Part shown: positions 19,555 through 30,220 of the stretch, piece by piece
Layout of the letters: each line of letters opens with the position of its first letter
Position numbering within the stretch: the first letter of the stretch is position 1
NCBI GenBank assembly: GCA_963807165.1
Contig: CAWDZM010000001.1
Span: 32,214 to 96,213, forward strand
Length of the DNA: 64,000 nt
Reading direction: 5' to 3'
DNA from: an uncultured bacterium
GTDB taxonomy: Bacteria > Patescibacteriota > Minisyncoccia > UBA6257 > 2-01-FULL-56-20
Notes under the pieces: generated by a model
What the model was told of the DNA's origin: nothing
Databases searched by the model: none
The model's input: the letters and a program-made list of their open reading frames with translations, nothing else
Made by a program: the position numbers and the translations under genes

Positions 19555-20007
19555 CTATGCCTGCTTCTTCGCGGGCGCGTGGAAGTGGATGAACGTGTCC
19601 AAGCCAAGATATGCGCCGGCGTTTGAGAAGATGATGATAAGCAGGCAAATCACAATGATCACTTCATCGTTGATAAATTGTGTGACGCTTGGCGCCGCAT
19701 AGCTGATGGTGGGAAGATAACTTAGGAGAACGAGGATGATTCCGGCGATGGATGACAAGCGGGTAAGGAGTCCAAGGATTAAGCAGATGCCGATGATAAG
19801 GAATGCCCACTGTGCGACGGGGTGAATCCAATCACCGGGGATCGGTCGCGCAGCGAGCCATGTGTAGAGGTCGCCGAACGAGTGCGTGCGGATCTGCGTG
19901 CCGAGCTCGGAGTTAAAAAGTACGCTGAAGCCGATATAGAAAAAGTTGAGTCCGAGTGCGATGCGGAGCAAAAGGATGATGACGCGGAGCGAATGAGGAA
20001 GTTTCAT
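19555..20007 (-). CDS. DoxX-family membrane protein
   Basis: LLRIALG, G..LILGLLTR, G..LGLD; 4 TM. Confidence 0.8.
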   Translation of the reverse strand: MKLPHSLRVIILLLRIALGLNFFYIGFSVLFNSELGTQIRTHSFGDLYTWLAARPIPGDWIHPVAQWAFLIIGICLILGLLTRLSSIAGIILVLLSYLPTISYAAPSVTQFINDEVIIVICLLIIIFSNAGAYLGLDTFIHFHAPAKKQA

Positions 20008-20037
20008 CTGAATGCTATAATGATATCATACTATAAA

Positions 20038-20607
20038 ATGGAGAACGATCAGAAGCATTCGCTGGGGCATCGGGCATATCTTCTTTTTCTTTCCAAGAGG
20101 ATCAAGCTTGTCATCTTTTTTTTCGCGCTCACCGTGGCGGCGTGGTACAGCGAGCGGTGGGCGCCGGCATCATATGCCCCGTTCGTGGATTATGGGGTGA
20201 GCCTGCTCGCACTCTTCAGCGTATTGTATCTCTTGGCAATCATGCTCTGGACCTATATGGAGTATCATTTCTATACCTATATGTTCACCGATGAGGCGTT
20301 CGTTATGACCTCCGGATACGTCATTCGCAATGAACTCGCGGCGCTGTATCACCAGATTCAGAATGTGAGCATCCAGCGTGGGCCGCTGGACCGCCTGGCG
20401 GGCGTGAGTCAGATTGTCATCGTCATGACGGGCTCGGAGCGCGATCCCGCTCATAACAAGATCACCCTGCCAGCGGTGGGGAAGACAAAAGCGAGGATCG
20501 TACAAAAAGAGTTGCTTGTTCGCGCGCGCAAGCACGTGGCAAATGATAGTAGTCCCGACGTTACTGCGGGAAATCGAATCGGATCAACTTCTGATTTTGA
20601 TCAATAA
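20038..20607 (+). CDS. Membrane protein with bacterial PH domain
   Basis: 2 TM then Y..IQNVSIQRGPLDRLAG. Confidence 0.75.
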   Translation: MENDQKHSLGHRAYLLFLSKRIKLVIFFFALTVAAWYSERWAPASYAPFVDYGVSLLALFSVLYLLAIMLWTYMEYHFYTYMFTDEAFVMTSGYVIRNELAALYHQIQNVSIQRGPLDRLAGVSQIVIVMTGSERDPAHNKITLPAVGKTKARIVQKELLVRARKHVANDSSPDVTAGNRIGSTSDFDQ

Positions 20608-21916
20608 TATAGAGCGCATTTTCTTGTGGATCGTATGAGGCATCCGTGCCTGCGGAAACGGTCGTGAGATTTTTTAAGTCAGCATCGGCAAAATCGAGGA
20701 AGGCGACGCGGTGGGGATATTGCACGAAAAGATGTGTTTCGTCCTTGTACCAGATGAGTCCCTGCACGTCCGCGATTTGAGGAAGATCAAACCGATAATA
20801 ATCTTGCGTGGTGAATGAGAATATTTCGAGGCTGTTATATTCGAGCGCGGCAAGTGCGGAGCCGTCGGTAGTGGGATAGAATTGCTTTACATCATTTGCG
20901 AGCGTGGAGAGCGTTTCATTCGGTACGTTATAGAGTGCGAGCGTATTATCACTTTCTAAAATACCGAGTACATTATTTTTAACCCACGCGAGCTGTTTGA
21001 TCTGGCCGTTCACGATGAGGGAACTATCGATCATGTCACCGGAAAATTTATCATAGACCATGATCTGCGAAGTGCCCAGCGTCCCCGAAGTATTCCCCGG
21101 AGCATAGCGCGCCCATGCCATGATGGACGGCGAGATCGCGATGGGGGATTCGACCGTCTCGCCCATCGGGGCGGTTTCGATAACCGTCGCATCGTGCGTG
21201 CCGCTGTCGAGGTCTATAATTTTTGTCGGGGTTTGGGCAATGACGCCGGTGTCGTCATATGGATCGATAAAGACGTTCGTCGTTGAGGTGGACTTGATTC
21301 CCGATTGCGTGAGGAGCGTAGAGAGATTTGTGCTCGTGGCGGCCGCAAAGTCATAGAGTGAATATTTTGTCGCGCCGGTTTTTGTGCTGACTGTGCGGAT
21401 GATCGCGCTCTTAAGGTCGGTGCTATGGCTCGCCACCACGCCGTACCCGATGATCTTTCCCAGCCACTCAATCGTGTTGCTTGCGTCCGTCGTGACGGCA
21501 ACGCCGCCGACCTCAAAGAAATTACTTATAATACCGCTCGTTGCAACGTCCGTCGCGGTTTTGGGCACAAGCACGGCGTACTTCATCTCGGTGACGAGCG
21601 ACGGCGCGACGACGGCATTTTCCGTCCATGCATCATAACCTGCCGACGCGAGTGTGAGGGAATAGGTCTTGGGGAAAAGCCCGGAAATGAACGTGCCGCG
21701 GCTCAGGAACGCGGATTGGTTCTGGATGGGCGCGCCATTAAGGGTGATCTGTGCGGCGTCGGGAAATGAGTGCACGTAAATGCCACCGGCCTTCTCGGCG
21801 TCGAGCGTGGAAAGGTTGATGCGCCAGCCCTCGGCATAGAGCACCACGCCGGCGCCAATGACCACAAATAAAAGGATAAACACATAGAATATGCGCTTTC
21901 GGGTCTGGAGTTTCAT
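20561..21916 (-). CDS. PEGA-domain membrane-anchored beta-propeller-like protein
   Basis: TM, YAEGWR, GGIYVHSFPDAAQITLNG, L.P.TY.L.L...GY..W. Confidence 0.8.
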   Translation of the reverse strand: MKLQTRKRIFYVFILLFVVIGAGVVLYAEGWRINLSTLDAEKAGGIYVHSFPDAAQITLNGAPIQNQSAFLSRGTFISGLFPKTYSLTLASAGYDAWTENAVVAPSLVTEMKYAVLVPKTATDVATSGIISNFFEVGGVAVTTDASNTIEWLGKIIGYGVVASHSTDLKSAIIRTVSTKTGATKYSLYDFAAATSTNLSTLLTQSGIKSTSTTNVFIDPYDDTGVIAQTPTKIIDLDSGTHDATVIETAPMGETVESPIAISPSIMAWARYAPGNTSGTLGTSQIMVYDKFSGDMIDSSLIVNGQIKQLAWVKNNVLGILESDNTLALYNVPNETLSTLANDVKQFYPTTDGSALAALEYNSLEIFSFTTQDYYRFDLPQIADVQGLIWYKDETHLFVQYPHRVAFLDFADADLKNLTTVSAGTDASYDPQENALYIIDQNQKLIRFDFPQ

Positions 21917-22087
21917 AGCAGAATGATTCTAATCCACATTGACCGCTTTTTCCAGCGCGGTGGTATAATGGATATAGATCCCGCGCAGATTTCGGATCAA
22001 ACATTATTAAAAGGGAGAGCGATTATCTCTGCCGCCTGTGGGCCGCAGTTGAGCTCACCCACCTGGCTGTTGCGCCAGAAATCTGAC

Positions 22088-22166
22088 GGGATTTAGAAAA
22101 ACACCCTCTTTTTTCACCTAGTGATAAGAATCAACGGTGAAAAAAGAGGGTGTTTTTCTAAATCCC
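22088..22166. terminator. 31-bp perfect inverted repeat (bidirectional terminator-like)
   Basis: GGGATTTAGAAAAACACCCTCTTTTTTCACC, 17-nt loop, exact reverse complement. Confidence 0.7.
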
Positions 22167-22180
22167 AGGTGATAGATAGA

Positions 22181-22522
22181 TTATATTTTTATCTCGTCAA
22201 TCTTTGCCGCGAGGATGAAATCGTTTTCGGAGAGGCCGCCCATCGCGTGCGTAGTGAGCTCAAAGCGCACTTTGTTATAGAAGATATAGATGTCGGGGTG
22301 ATGGCCTTCGGCTTGCGCGATGTCGGCGACGGCGTTCACAAATTTCATAGCCTCGACAAAATCTTTAAATGTGAATTCGCGCGTTATGTTCTTTTCATCA
22401 TCGGATATTTTCCAATCGGGAACCTGGGCGGAATATTTTTGCACGTACTCATGGTCGAGCGGCGGCATGCCGCCTTCGCAGGGGACGCAGTGACCTTGGG
22501 AAAGTTTATTATTGATGATCAT
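22181..22522 (-). CDS. phhB: Pterin-4-alpha-carbinolamine dehydratase
   Basis: CVPCEGG, F.DF..A..FVN.VA.IA..EGHHPD, THAMGGLSENDFILAAKID. Confidence 0.9.
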   Translation of the reverse strand: MIINNKLSQGHCVPCEGGMPPLDHEYVQKYSAQVPDWKISDDEKNITREFTFKDFVEAMKFVNAVADIAQAEGHHPDIYIFYNKVRFELTTHAMGGLSENDFILAAKIDEIKI

Positions 22523-22540
22523 CTTTTTATTCTAAACTAA

Positions 22541-23428
22541 TTAGAAACTTGCGGGATTGATATGGAACAGTGTGCCGACGATGAGGCCCAGGATGAAGGT
22601 GGCGAGCGCGGTGCCAAGCATCAGCCCGACGGTTTCAGCGAACTCGCGCCAGAACGTACGGTCAAAGACGACCGCGCCGTAGAATGTGAAGCCCGCAACG
22701 AGCAGGATGCCGACCGTGGTGGAAGTGATGAATGCAGGCACCATCACACGAATGAGGAAGTAGGGGAGCGCGAGTAGGATGACCGAGCAGAAGTACGACG
22801 CCCAGGTGAGGAATCCGGAAAGGATCGCGGACTTCTCGGTGTCCTGCTTGGCTTGCAGATACGACGCCGAGCCCATCGAGATCGCCGCGGAAAATCCGAC
22901 GATGATGCCAGCGACGCCCGCGATGAGTGTGGAGCCGGTGACGCCAAGAAATCCTGCGTGGACACCCGTGATCTCCACGATCGCGTCGGCCAGGCCGAGC
23001 ACGATGAAACCCATGTACGCCACGCGTTTTTCTTTGAGCTGGCCGATCAGCGCCTTCTCATGCGACTTCTCATCCTCGATAATCTGCATAAATCGCTCAT
23101 GATGCGAAGCGGGAATAGAGGGAAGGATATTTTGATATTTTTGTACCGCATCGTTTTCGTGCGTCTCGAGGAACTTCGTGATGAACGTTACGCCGAACAC
23201 GATGCGCAAAAATGGCACGCCCCAGACGGTGTACCATCGCGCGCGAATCGCGCCCGCTTCCGCGGGCGGCAGGAGCGATTTCCAGAACTCGTAGTGCGTC
23301 AGTTCCTGTGTTGAAAGCCGCTCGAGCGCCGCGCGGTTCTCCGGATTCTTCTCCATCGTCGCGAGCGTGTGGTAGACGATATGCTCGGTGAGTTCGTTTG
23401 ATGCATTGAATATAAAGGTTTCTTGCAT
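22541..23428 (-). CDS. Rubrerythrin-like/VIT1-CCC1 family membrane protein
   Basis: E..H iron-ligand motifs, VLGLADAIVEITG, AAISMG; start 6 nt after TATAAT. Confidence 0.85.
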   Translation of the reverse strand: MQETFIFNASNELTEHIVYHTLATMEKNPENRAALERLSTQELTHYEFWKSLLPPAEAGAIRARWYTVWGVPFLRIVFGVTFITKFLETHENDAVQKYQNILPSIPASHHERFMQIIEDEKSHEKALIGQLKEKRVAYMGFIVLGLADAIVEITGVHAGFLGVTGSTLIAGVAGIIVGFSAAISMGSASYLQAKQDTEKSAILSGFLTWASYFCSVILLALPYFLIRVMVPAFITSTTVGILLVAGFTFYGAVVFDRTFWREFAETVGLMLGTALATFILGLIVGTLFHINPASF

Positions 23429-23509
23429 TACATCCATTATACATCTTTGATTTGACAGATGCGGCATATTTTCCAATACTGTAGATAGTGTTGGAAGGAA
23501 GGGGATCTT

Positions 23510-23950
23510 ATGCCACCTACTGCCGTTGTAGAGGTTGATGAGCGTAAGTGCTTAACGGAACGAATCGAAGTACTCAAGTCGTGTGCAAAAGAGTACCTCC
23601 CGGGCTTTTCTTTTTCCATTGAAAGTATTGCTCGGCTTACCATGGTTGATCTCAGCTTCGAGCGTGCCGATATCGCAGGGATGGAAAAGGTTAGTGATTT
23701 TGTAGAAGCCTATCAACAAGTGGTGAATCGATACGAAGAAGACCTGCGAATATTCCTTGGATACGGGTCGTTGCGTCTTCAAAGGGCCCTCGATATACTT
23801 AATGCCTATCCCGAATTACGGGAAAAGTGCGAGCCGATCAAAGAAAAAATCGGCGAGATGGAAAAGATGATCACCCCTTTCGATTATAGTATTGTCGCCG
23901 TCGCAAGGCTGTATGCAGAAATAGTGAATCTGATGAAGGCGTTGTTATAG
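23510..23950 (+). CDS. Hypothetical protein
   Basis: 146 aa ORF, purine-rich SD upstream, hairpin/T-tract downstream. Confidence 0.55.
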   Translation: MPPTAVVEVDERKCLTERIEVLKSCAKEYLPGFSFSIESIARLTMVDLSFERADIAGMEKVSDFVEAYQQVVNRYEEDLRIFLGYGSLRLQRALDILNAYPELREKCEPIKEKIGEMEKMITPFDYSIVAVARLYAEIVNLMKALL

Positions 23951-24020
23951 TGCGCGGATGGCGCTCGCGCTTGGGAGATAGTCTTTAGACCATCTCCTTT
24001 TTTTATCTTAAATTCTCGAA

Positions 24021-24094
24021 TGGTCGGGCCGGCGGGAATCGAACCCGCTCTAAACGCACCCCATGCGCTCGTACTACCGGTATACTACGGCCCG
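24021..24094 (-). tRNA. tRNA-Pro(GGG)
   Basis: Cloverleaf CGGGCCG...CGGCCCGACCA, loop AUGGGGU, GTTCGATTC T-arm. Confidence 0.92.
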
Positions 24095-24251
24095 CTATAA
24101 TTCGTGATAATGATAGCTTTTCTCTTAAAAAAGAACAACGCTCAGGTGTAATTTGATGCTATATTAGCCAGCACTAGACAAATTCAGTTATTTCTGATAC
24201 AATTTTTTCAGCTTCGGTTTTAACAAAAAACATCATTTTGGAGAGATAAGC

Positions 24252-24971
24252 GTGAAACAATTCATTTTTTGCATCGTCAGCGCACATGAGCTGGCGATGC
24301 CAGGTCAGAGCGGGACGCCATCCTTTAGTATCAAGATACATCCTAATCTTCAGGCGAATGCGATAGTCATCAACTATCCCGGGTATAACGGAGGTATTGA
24401 TGGATATAGCAAGAAATACGAAAAACTTGCACGTCTCATCAAAGAGAGAAATATTGGGGCAGTCATTCAGATGAGCAACGGAGAACGCGCCGGATTTCCT
24501 TACGAAGTCTCGGTACTCGCCGAGCTCAGGGCGACGATTGATTATGCACTTACTCATGCGACCGATATCTGTTCTATGGCGAACCCGGACATCTACCTCG
24601 TCGGATTTTCTGCTGGTGGCGGAGCGGTTGCTTCGGTCGCTGCAGATTATTCCGCCGTGAAGAAGATTCTCTTGGTAGCTCCTTCGGGCGATGCCGGGGA
24701 ACAAAATATCAGAAATGGCCTGAGTTCTTTCCGCGGAGAGATTTATGTCACTGTTGGAGAACGGGATGAGGTTGTTGGCACACGAGCCGGTGAGATTTTT
24801 ATCCAACTGGCAACTGGCGCAGAAAGGAAAAAGCTTGTCGTCGTTCCGAATTGTGATCATCAGTTCCGAGGCAAAAAGAATGGCATGATTCTGAGCAAGG
24901 CTCCTCTTTGGGCTTTCTGCGGCGATGAAACCTACCCATCTTCGGACGGAGGGATTGTCCTCTATGAATGA
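24252..24971 (+). CDS. Alpha/beta-fold hydrolase
   Basis: GFSAGG nucleophile elbow, GERDEVV, CDHQF triad; start uncertain. Confidence 0.8.
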   Translation: MKQFIFCIVSAHELAMPGQSGTPSFSIKIHPNLQANAIVINYPGYNGGIDGYSKKYEKLARLIKERNIGAVIQMSNGERAGFPYEVSVLAELRATIDYALTHATDICSMANPDIYLVGFSAGGGAVASVAADYSAVKKILLVAPSGDAGEQNIRNGLSSFRGEIYVTVGERDEVVGTRAGEIFIQLATGAERKKLVVVPNCDHQFRGKKNGMILSKAPLWAFCGDETYPSSDGGIVLYE

Positions 24972-25032
24972 TGTTTTGTAGTCCTACATACGGCGGTTGC
25001 TTTTATCAGCGACCGCCGTTTTACTTAAAAAA

Positions 25033-25437
25033 ATGAAGATGGTATATATATATATGAATATGGAAAAGATAAACTCAACATTCGAATCAGAGCCAGATTC
25101 AATCGATATCGAAGATCCTGAAACGGCGCGGGAATTTATTCGTCAACGCATGGAAAAAGATGGAGATTTGCCGACCGTAACAGTTCCGATGGAATATGCC
25201 GAAGAAGCACGCAAGGGAATTGTGCCTCATACCACATGGATATATGACGCGCTCATTGCTGGTACACTAGGAAAGAAGCCTTATATGCCAGACAATTCTC
25301 CTCGAGCTTTATTTCGTATTAAGGCAAAACCCGAAGATGTGATGCCGCGATTCACTGGCCCTGATAAGCATTTTCACGGGGTGGTGGTATTCAAAAAACC
25401 TATCGCTCCAGACTTACTCGAAGAAGTGTACGCATAA
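25033..25437 (+). CDS. Hypothetical protein
   Basis: Open ORF followed by AAAAATCGCTC...GAGCGATTTTT terminator; start uncertain. Confidence 0.55.
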   Translation: MKMVYIYMNMEKINSTFESEPDSIDIEDPETAREFIRQRMEKDGDLPTVTVPMEYAEEARKGIVPHTTWIYDALIAGTLGKKPYMPDNSPRALFRIKAKPEDVMPRFTGPDKHFHGVVVFKKPIAPDLLEEVYA

Positions 25438-25476
25438 AAAAATCGCTCCTCAAGAGCGATTTTTTTATGAACGTTA

Positions 25477-25701
25477 TTATTTTGCCGCCGCTGCAACCGC
25501 CGTCTTGCGTACCACTTTGTGCGGGGCTTTGTGTAATGTCCTTAGGCAGCCGGTGCAAATAAGCTGACGCTTGCCGTCAATCGTTGCGTACTGCAAATTC
25601 GGGTACTTTCGGGTCCAGTTCGTAGGATTATAATGACCGCGGAGCAATATCCGGTTTCCGCCCATCTGTGAAGTTTTCTCGCATTTGGCGCATTTCCTCA
25701 T
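25477..25701 (-). CDS. rpmB: 50S ribosomal protein L28
   Basis: C..C.K....GN...RK.PNLQ...ICT.CLR. Confidence 0.85.
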   Translation of the reverse strand: MRKCAKCEKTSQMGGNRILLRGHYNPTNWTRKYPNLQYATIDGKRQLICTGCLRTLHKAPHKVVRKTAVAAAAK

Positions 25702-25787
25702 GTCTTTGGTTTGAGTTTATTGAAAGTATTATAGAGGAAAAGGGGATTTTACGCAAGTTAATAGGCCGGTACAGGAATTCCAAGCCG

Positions 25788-26309
25788 CTAATCTACTCGC
25801 ACCTTCAGCTTATGGATCTTCTTCTTATTCGCTTTCGGCAGGGTTACCGTCAGAATACCATTCTTGAACTTGACCTCCGCGCCTTCCGGATCAATCTCTT
25901 GCGGCAATATAATAGAGCGGCCGAACTTGCCCCAGTAGCATTCCTGGTAGAGATAGTCCTCATCGCGCACGGTCTTCTCGCGCTTGCGCGATCCACGGAT
26001 GGCGATCGAGTCGATGGTGACGTTCACATCAATGTCTTCCGGATCAACGCCCGCGATAGCGGATTCGACGACGATATCATTCGCCGTTTGATAGACATCA
26101 ACCGTAAGCTGACCTTCCGGTTCGCCATCAGCCCAGAGATCTTCCTTTTCTTTTGTGCGGATCATTTTTGGGCGCGCAGTGGAAGCGGGTGCGGAGGCAA
26201 CCGCGCCGGTGTTCGCCCGCACAAGTTCCACGCCATATTCGCCATCGGCCTCCGTCTTTGCGCCGGCCAGATCCTCAAAAAACTTTTCGTCTTCGCTGTT
26301 TATGATCAT
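25788..26309 (-). CDS. Hsp20 small heat-shock protein
   Basis: VDVYQT, AGVDPEDIDV, ECYWGKFGRSIILP, A.FKNGILTVTLPK. Confidence 0.92.
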   Translation of the reverse strand: MIINSEDEKFFEDLAGAKTEADGEYGVELVRANTGAVASAPASTARPKMIRTKEKEDLWADGEPEGQLTVDVYQTANDIVVESAIAGVDPEDIDVNVTIDSIAIRGSRKREKTVRDEDYLYQECYWGKFGRSIILPQEIDPEGAEVKFKNGILTVTLPKANKKKIHKLKVRVD

Positions 26310-26317
26310 AAAATTAT

Positions 26318-27026
26318 TTATACGATGAGATTGATAGGTTTTGCCTTGAGCCGTTCGAAATCGTTCAGTACGAAGAATCCGATTATTAACAAGAATACCA
26401 CGGAGTAGGCGGCACCTCCATAGGTAAGTATAAGATAGTTAAAGGTGGCGTGCAAAATCGTGGCGACCACGAGGCCGAGAGCGAGGAAGCGTTTGGACTT
26501 TACCCTCCACGATGCCGACGGCCCAGTAATAGCCAACGATGCCCGCCGTGAGCGTGTGCAGAAGCGTGGCGCCGACGAAACGTAGGGACACGGTCTCGAG
26601 CACGGTGGGGAGGAGTGCTGCCGACGATGAAATACCGGATATCGCGCCGATGTTTTCCAATGTTGCGAAGCCGAGCGCAGCGATGATCATATAGATCATC
26701 GCATCTGCCGGTTCGTTAAATTCCGGTGCGCGATCAACGGCAAAGTGCGCAGCAGCAAACTTCATAACCTCCTCGATTGCTGCGAGGCCGAGGAGTGGTA
26801 AAAGTGCCGCGATGGGTGAAAGATTCTGGATGAGGGTACTGCCGATCGTCCAGCTCGTAAACAGCTGTTCGATCCCGACGGTAAAAAATCCAAATGCCAT
26901 GCCCACGATGAAGGTGAATGCGATGAGCCGCTTCGGTTCCGCATGCGTCGCTTCGCCCAAATAAAAAGCGAGCCATGCAAAGCCGGGGAGCAGGCCGACG
27001 ACGAGCGAGATGACGAGCATCATCAT
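26318..27026 (-). CDS. PrsW-family intramembrane protease (frameshift near 26500)
   Basis: EP, EEVMK, LGFATLEN, LLH; last H motif (LHATFN) in a second frame. Confidence 0.85.
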
Positions 27027-27035
27027 GACTCTATT

Positions 27036-29219
27036 CTACCACTTCTCCACCATCAGCATTTTTCCTGGACGGAAAATCTGCCAGATTTCCTCGGTGATGA
27101 ATGGCATGAACGGATGCAACATTTTGAGCGACTCCAAAAGCAGATGTTCGAGCAGCGCGTATGATTGAGCCTTCTCTGCGTCGGTGCCATCGGCAAGCTT
27201 CTTTTTTTCCTGCTCTATGATCTCGTCAGCCAGACGGTGCCACGTGTAGTGATAAAGTTTTTCGCCGGCGAGGTGAAATTCGAAGTCTTCGATGTGATTG
27301 GTAACCTCCGTCTTGAACGCGCCCAGCTCTTTTATTTCCTCGCGCGCGGCGAGGGTGGCCGCTGCATTTGCGCGCGTGGCGTCATCGAACGTTCCTGGCT
27401 TGTTCATCTGCACGAACCGCGCGATGTTCCACAGCTTGGTGGAGAAGTTGCGGTAGCCGCGCACGCGATCCTCGGAGAGTTTGATGTCGTTGCCTGCGGA
27501 GGCGCCAATTACGAGCGAGAGGCGGGTGGCATCCGCGCCGTATTTGTCCGCCATAGTGAGTGGGTCGATGATGTTGCCGAGCGATTTGGACATCTTGCGT
27601 CCCTTATCGTCGCGCACGAGGCCGTGCAGATAGACGCGCTTGAATGGAGTATTATCCATAAGCACTTCGGACATCAATATCATGCGTGCCACCCAGAAGA
27701 ATAAGATGTCGTAGCCCGTCTCAAGCACTGCATTAGGGAAATAATCTCGGAGGTCGGCAGTTTTTTTCGGCCAGCCGAGCGTACTGAACGGCCAAAGCCC
27801 GGAGGAGAACCACGTGTCGAGCGTATCGGGATCCTGAACCCAGTCAGGATCGTTAATATTCTCGACAGACACCTTGCAATCATATCCTGCAGGGTCATTT
27901 AATTTTAAAGTTGCGTGATACCACACCGGCACCTGATGCCCGAACCAAATCTGGCGCGAGATGCACCAGTCGCGCAGGTTGTCTATCCAGTTGAAATAAA
28001 TTTTCTCAAAGCGTTCCGGCAGGATTTTTACTCCGCCAGCCGTGACTGCTTCTTTCATCAGCTCCTTCAAAGTTTTTCCCGCATCGCCGAACGGCTTGTT
28101 GACCGCGATGAACCACTGTAATTTTGGCAACGGTTCGATGATCCCGCCGGTGCGCTCGGCGGTCGCTACATTTTGTGAAATCTCTTCTTCTTTCTCGATC
28201 AACCCGCGCGCGCGTAATGCTTCTGCAACGAGTTCGCGCGCTTCGGCAGTTTTCTTTCCGTGCACCAGCTCGTTCTCCACGGTCATCTTTCCATATTCAT
28301 CGATGACCTGTACGAAGGGGAGTGAGTGTCGCTGTGCGATCTCCCAGTCGATCATGCTGTGTGCGGGCGTGACGCCGAGTGCGCCAGTGCCAAAATCTTT
28401 TTCCACGGATTCATCTGCAACGACGGTGATGGTGATCGGCGTACCACAAAAATCCACGTCGAATTTTTGCCCGACAAACTTTTTGTATCGCTCATCCGAA
28501 GGATGCACCGCGACGGCGGTGTCGCCAAACTTCGTTTCAAGGCGGGTCGTGGAAATGGCGATGGGAAATACCGAGCCGTCAGAAATTTTTCCATAGCGGA
28601 ACGTGTACAGCTTTGCCTTGCGTTCCTCGTAGACGATCTCGTCGTCGGAGATGGTGGTCTGACCCTTTACGTCCCAGTTGACCACGCGATGGCCGCGATA
28701 GATCAATCCGAGGTCATACATTTTTTTGAATGCGGTGCGGACAGCGATCTCGCGCTTGTCGTCGAGAGTGTACGCTTCGCGACTCCAGTCGAGCGACGCA
28801 CCCATGCGCTTTACCTGATTAACGATCGTGTCGTGGCTTTCCTGCGCGAACGCGCGAACGCGCTTTAAAAATTCCTCACGGCCAAGATCGTGGCGATTTT
28901 TTCCTTCGGTCTTTACGATATCTTTTTCCACTTTTGATTGCGTGGCGATTGCGGCGTGGTCAGTACCGGGAATCCATAGCGTACGCTTACCGTTCATGCG
29001 CGCGAAGCGCACCATAATGTCTTCGATCACGAGCATCGCTGCGTGGCCCATGTGCAACGTCCCCGTCACGTTCGGCGGCGGGAGCACGATGGAGAATGGC
29101 TCGGCGTCCGGCGCGGTCACACCCTTTTCTATGCAAACGTCCGGGTTGAAATATCCGGAATCCTCCCACTGCTTATAGATTTTCGATTCGACCTCGGCGG
29201 GATTGTAACGCGGTTCCAT
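27036..29219 (-). CDS. valS: Valine--tRNA ligase (lacks the C-terminal coiled coil)
   Basis: PPPNVTG.LHMGH, DWCISRQIWFGH, KMSKSLGN. Confidence 0.95.
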   Translation of the reverse strand: MEPRYNPAEVESKIYKQWEDSGYFNPDVCIEKGVTAPDAEPFSIVLPPPNVTGTLHMGHAAMLVIEDIMVRFARMNGKRTLWIPGTDHAAIATQSKVEKDIVKTEGKNRHDLGREEFLKRVRAFAQESHDTIVNQVKRMGASLDWSREAYTLDDKREIAVRTAFKKMYDLGLIYRGHRVVNWDVKGQTTISDDEIVYEERKAKLYTFRYGKISDGSVFPIAISTTRLETKFGDTAVAVHPSDERYKKFVGQKFDVDFCGTPITITVVADESVEKDFGTGALGVTPAHSMIDWEIAQRHSLPFVQVIDEYGKMTVENELVHGKKTAEARELVAEALRARGLIEKEEEISQNVATAERTGGIIEPLPKLQWFIAVNKPFGDAGKTLKELMKEAVTAGGVKILPERFEKIYFNWIDNLRDWCISRQIWFGHQVPVWYHATLKLNDPAGYDCKVSVENINDPDWVQDPDTLDTWFSSGLWPFSTLGWPKKTADLRDYFPNAVLETGYDILFFWVARMILMSEVLMDNTPFKRVYLHGLVRDDKGRKMSKSLGNIIDPLTMADKYGADATRLSLVIGASAGNDIKLSEDRVRGYRNFSTKLWNIARFVQMNKPGTFDDATRANAAATLAAREEIKELGAFKTEVTNHIEDFEFHLAGEKLYHYTWHRLADEIIEQEKKKLADGTDAEKAQSYALLEHLLLESLKMLHPFMPFITEEIWQIFRPGKMLMVEKW

Positions 29220-29316
29220 AATATCTCGATTGTAGCCGATTCGCGCCGTTTTTTCTAGGCACTACCTTATATAAATAAAAAAATCTCGCGCTGGGGGAGG
29301 CGCGAGAGAGCGGAGA

Positions 29317-29811
29317 TTACAGTTGTCGGAAAGAACGCAGAAGATGATCGAGGCCTGATATAGGCCTGCATTCTTCTTCAAAGAGTTGGAGGCTTTTCTC
29401 GAGGAACTTTCGCCTCCTCGGGCTGAGCGCGCGATAGTACAAGAGTAGTTCCTCTAGAAAAGCATCTTCAGGAAATGGATAGGTGGGATATCGCTCGCGA
29501 TCGAACATATACCAAACGAACCACTGAGGATTGAGGCCTAGCCCTCTCCCAATATCCGAACATCTTTTTGGTTTTGGCATCGAGCGTCCGCGTTCGACTT
29601 TTGCGACATAGGTGCGAGGGGCTCCACCCATATTTATCGCTAAGTGTTTTTGGCTGAGACGTCGTTCTTTCCGGAGTTCATAAACGATAGCTCCGAACAA
29701 TACGGGATTGTTTGATAGGCTCGGTTGTTGAACGTTCAACTCTACCATGGTCATGGTCGCCATAGACATCTCCGGAAAAATCGATTTATACTCCAACGTA
29801 CTTCTTCCCAC
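29317..29811 (-). CDS. XRE-family HTH protein
   Basis: LRKERRLSQKHLA...TYVAKVERG..P; start uncertain. Confidence 0.7.
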   Translation of the reverse strand: MGRSTLEYKSIFPEMSMATMTMVELNVQQPSLSNNPVLFGAIVYELRKERRLSQKHLAINMGGAPRTYVAKVERGRSMPKPKRCSDIGRGLGLNPQWFVWYMFDRERYPTYPFPEDAFLEELLLYYRALSPRRRKFLEKSLQLFEEECRPISGLDHLLRSFRQL

Positions 29812-29895
29812 AATATAGAGTATAATGATAAAAAGTAAAGGTCGTTCTTAGTGTGTCAATCAAAAAAGATATTGTAAATTAATTCATTAAATAAA

Positions 29896-30216
29896 ATGGA
29901 CGAAATGAAAAATAGTTCGGAGATGCAGAAGGGCAAGACAACATGCGCGTGCGGTGCGGGATGTAATTGCGGGTGTGGGCACAGTTCCGTACATCGCGTG
30001 ATCTGGTGGGTGGCGGGGATCATCATTCTTATCTTTGTGTTTGCGCTTGGCGTGAAGGCGGGCGAATTCCGCGATGAGCTCCATGCCGCATTTGGTAATT
30101 CTTACTATCATAACCATTCGATGATGCAGGATCAGGGCGAATACGGTGGCGGTGGCGCAATGCCGATGTCGCAATCGATGCCGGCAGAAGGTACCACGAC
30201 TACGAGCGGGCAGTAG
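29896..30216 (+). CDS. Small membrane protein with Cys-rich N-terminus
   Basis: CACGAGCNCGCGH then TM and F.LGVK.GE. Confidence 0.7.
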   Translation: MDEMKNSSEMQKGKTTCACGAGCNCGCGHSSVHRVIWWVAGIIILIFVFALGVKAGEFRDELHAAFGNSYYHNHSMMQDQGEYGGGGAMPMSQSMPAEGTTTTSGQ

Positions 30217-30220
30217 AGGT

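Noticed and set aside
21975-22085. ZTP or THF riboswitch
   Set aside because: Only fragmentary motif resemblance and no co-oriented downstream gene
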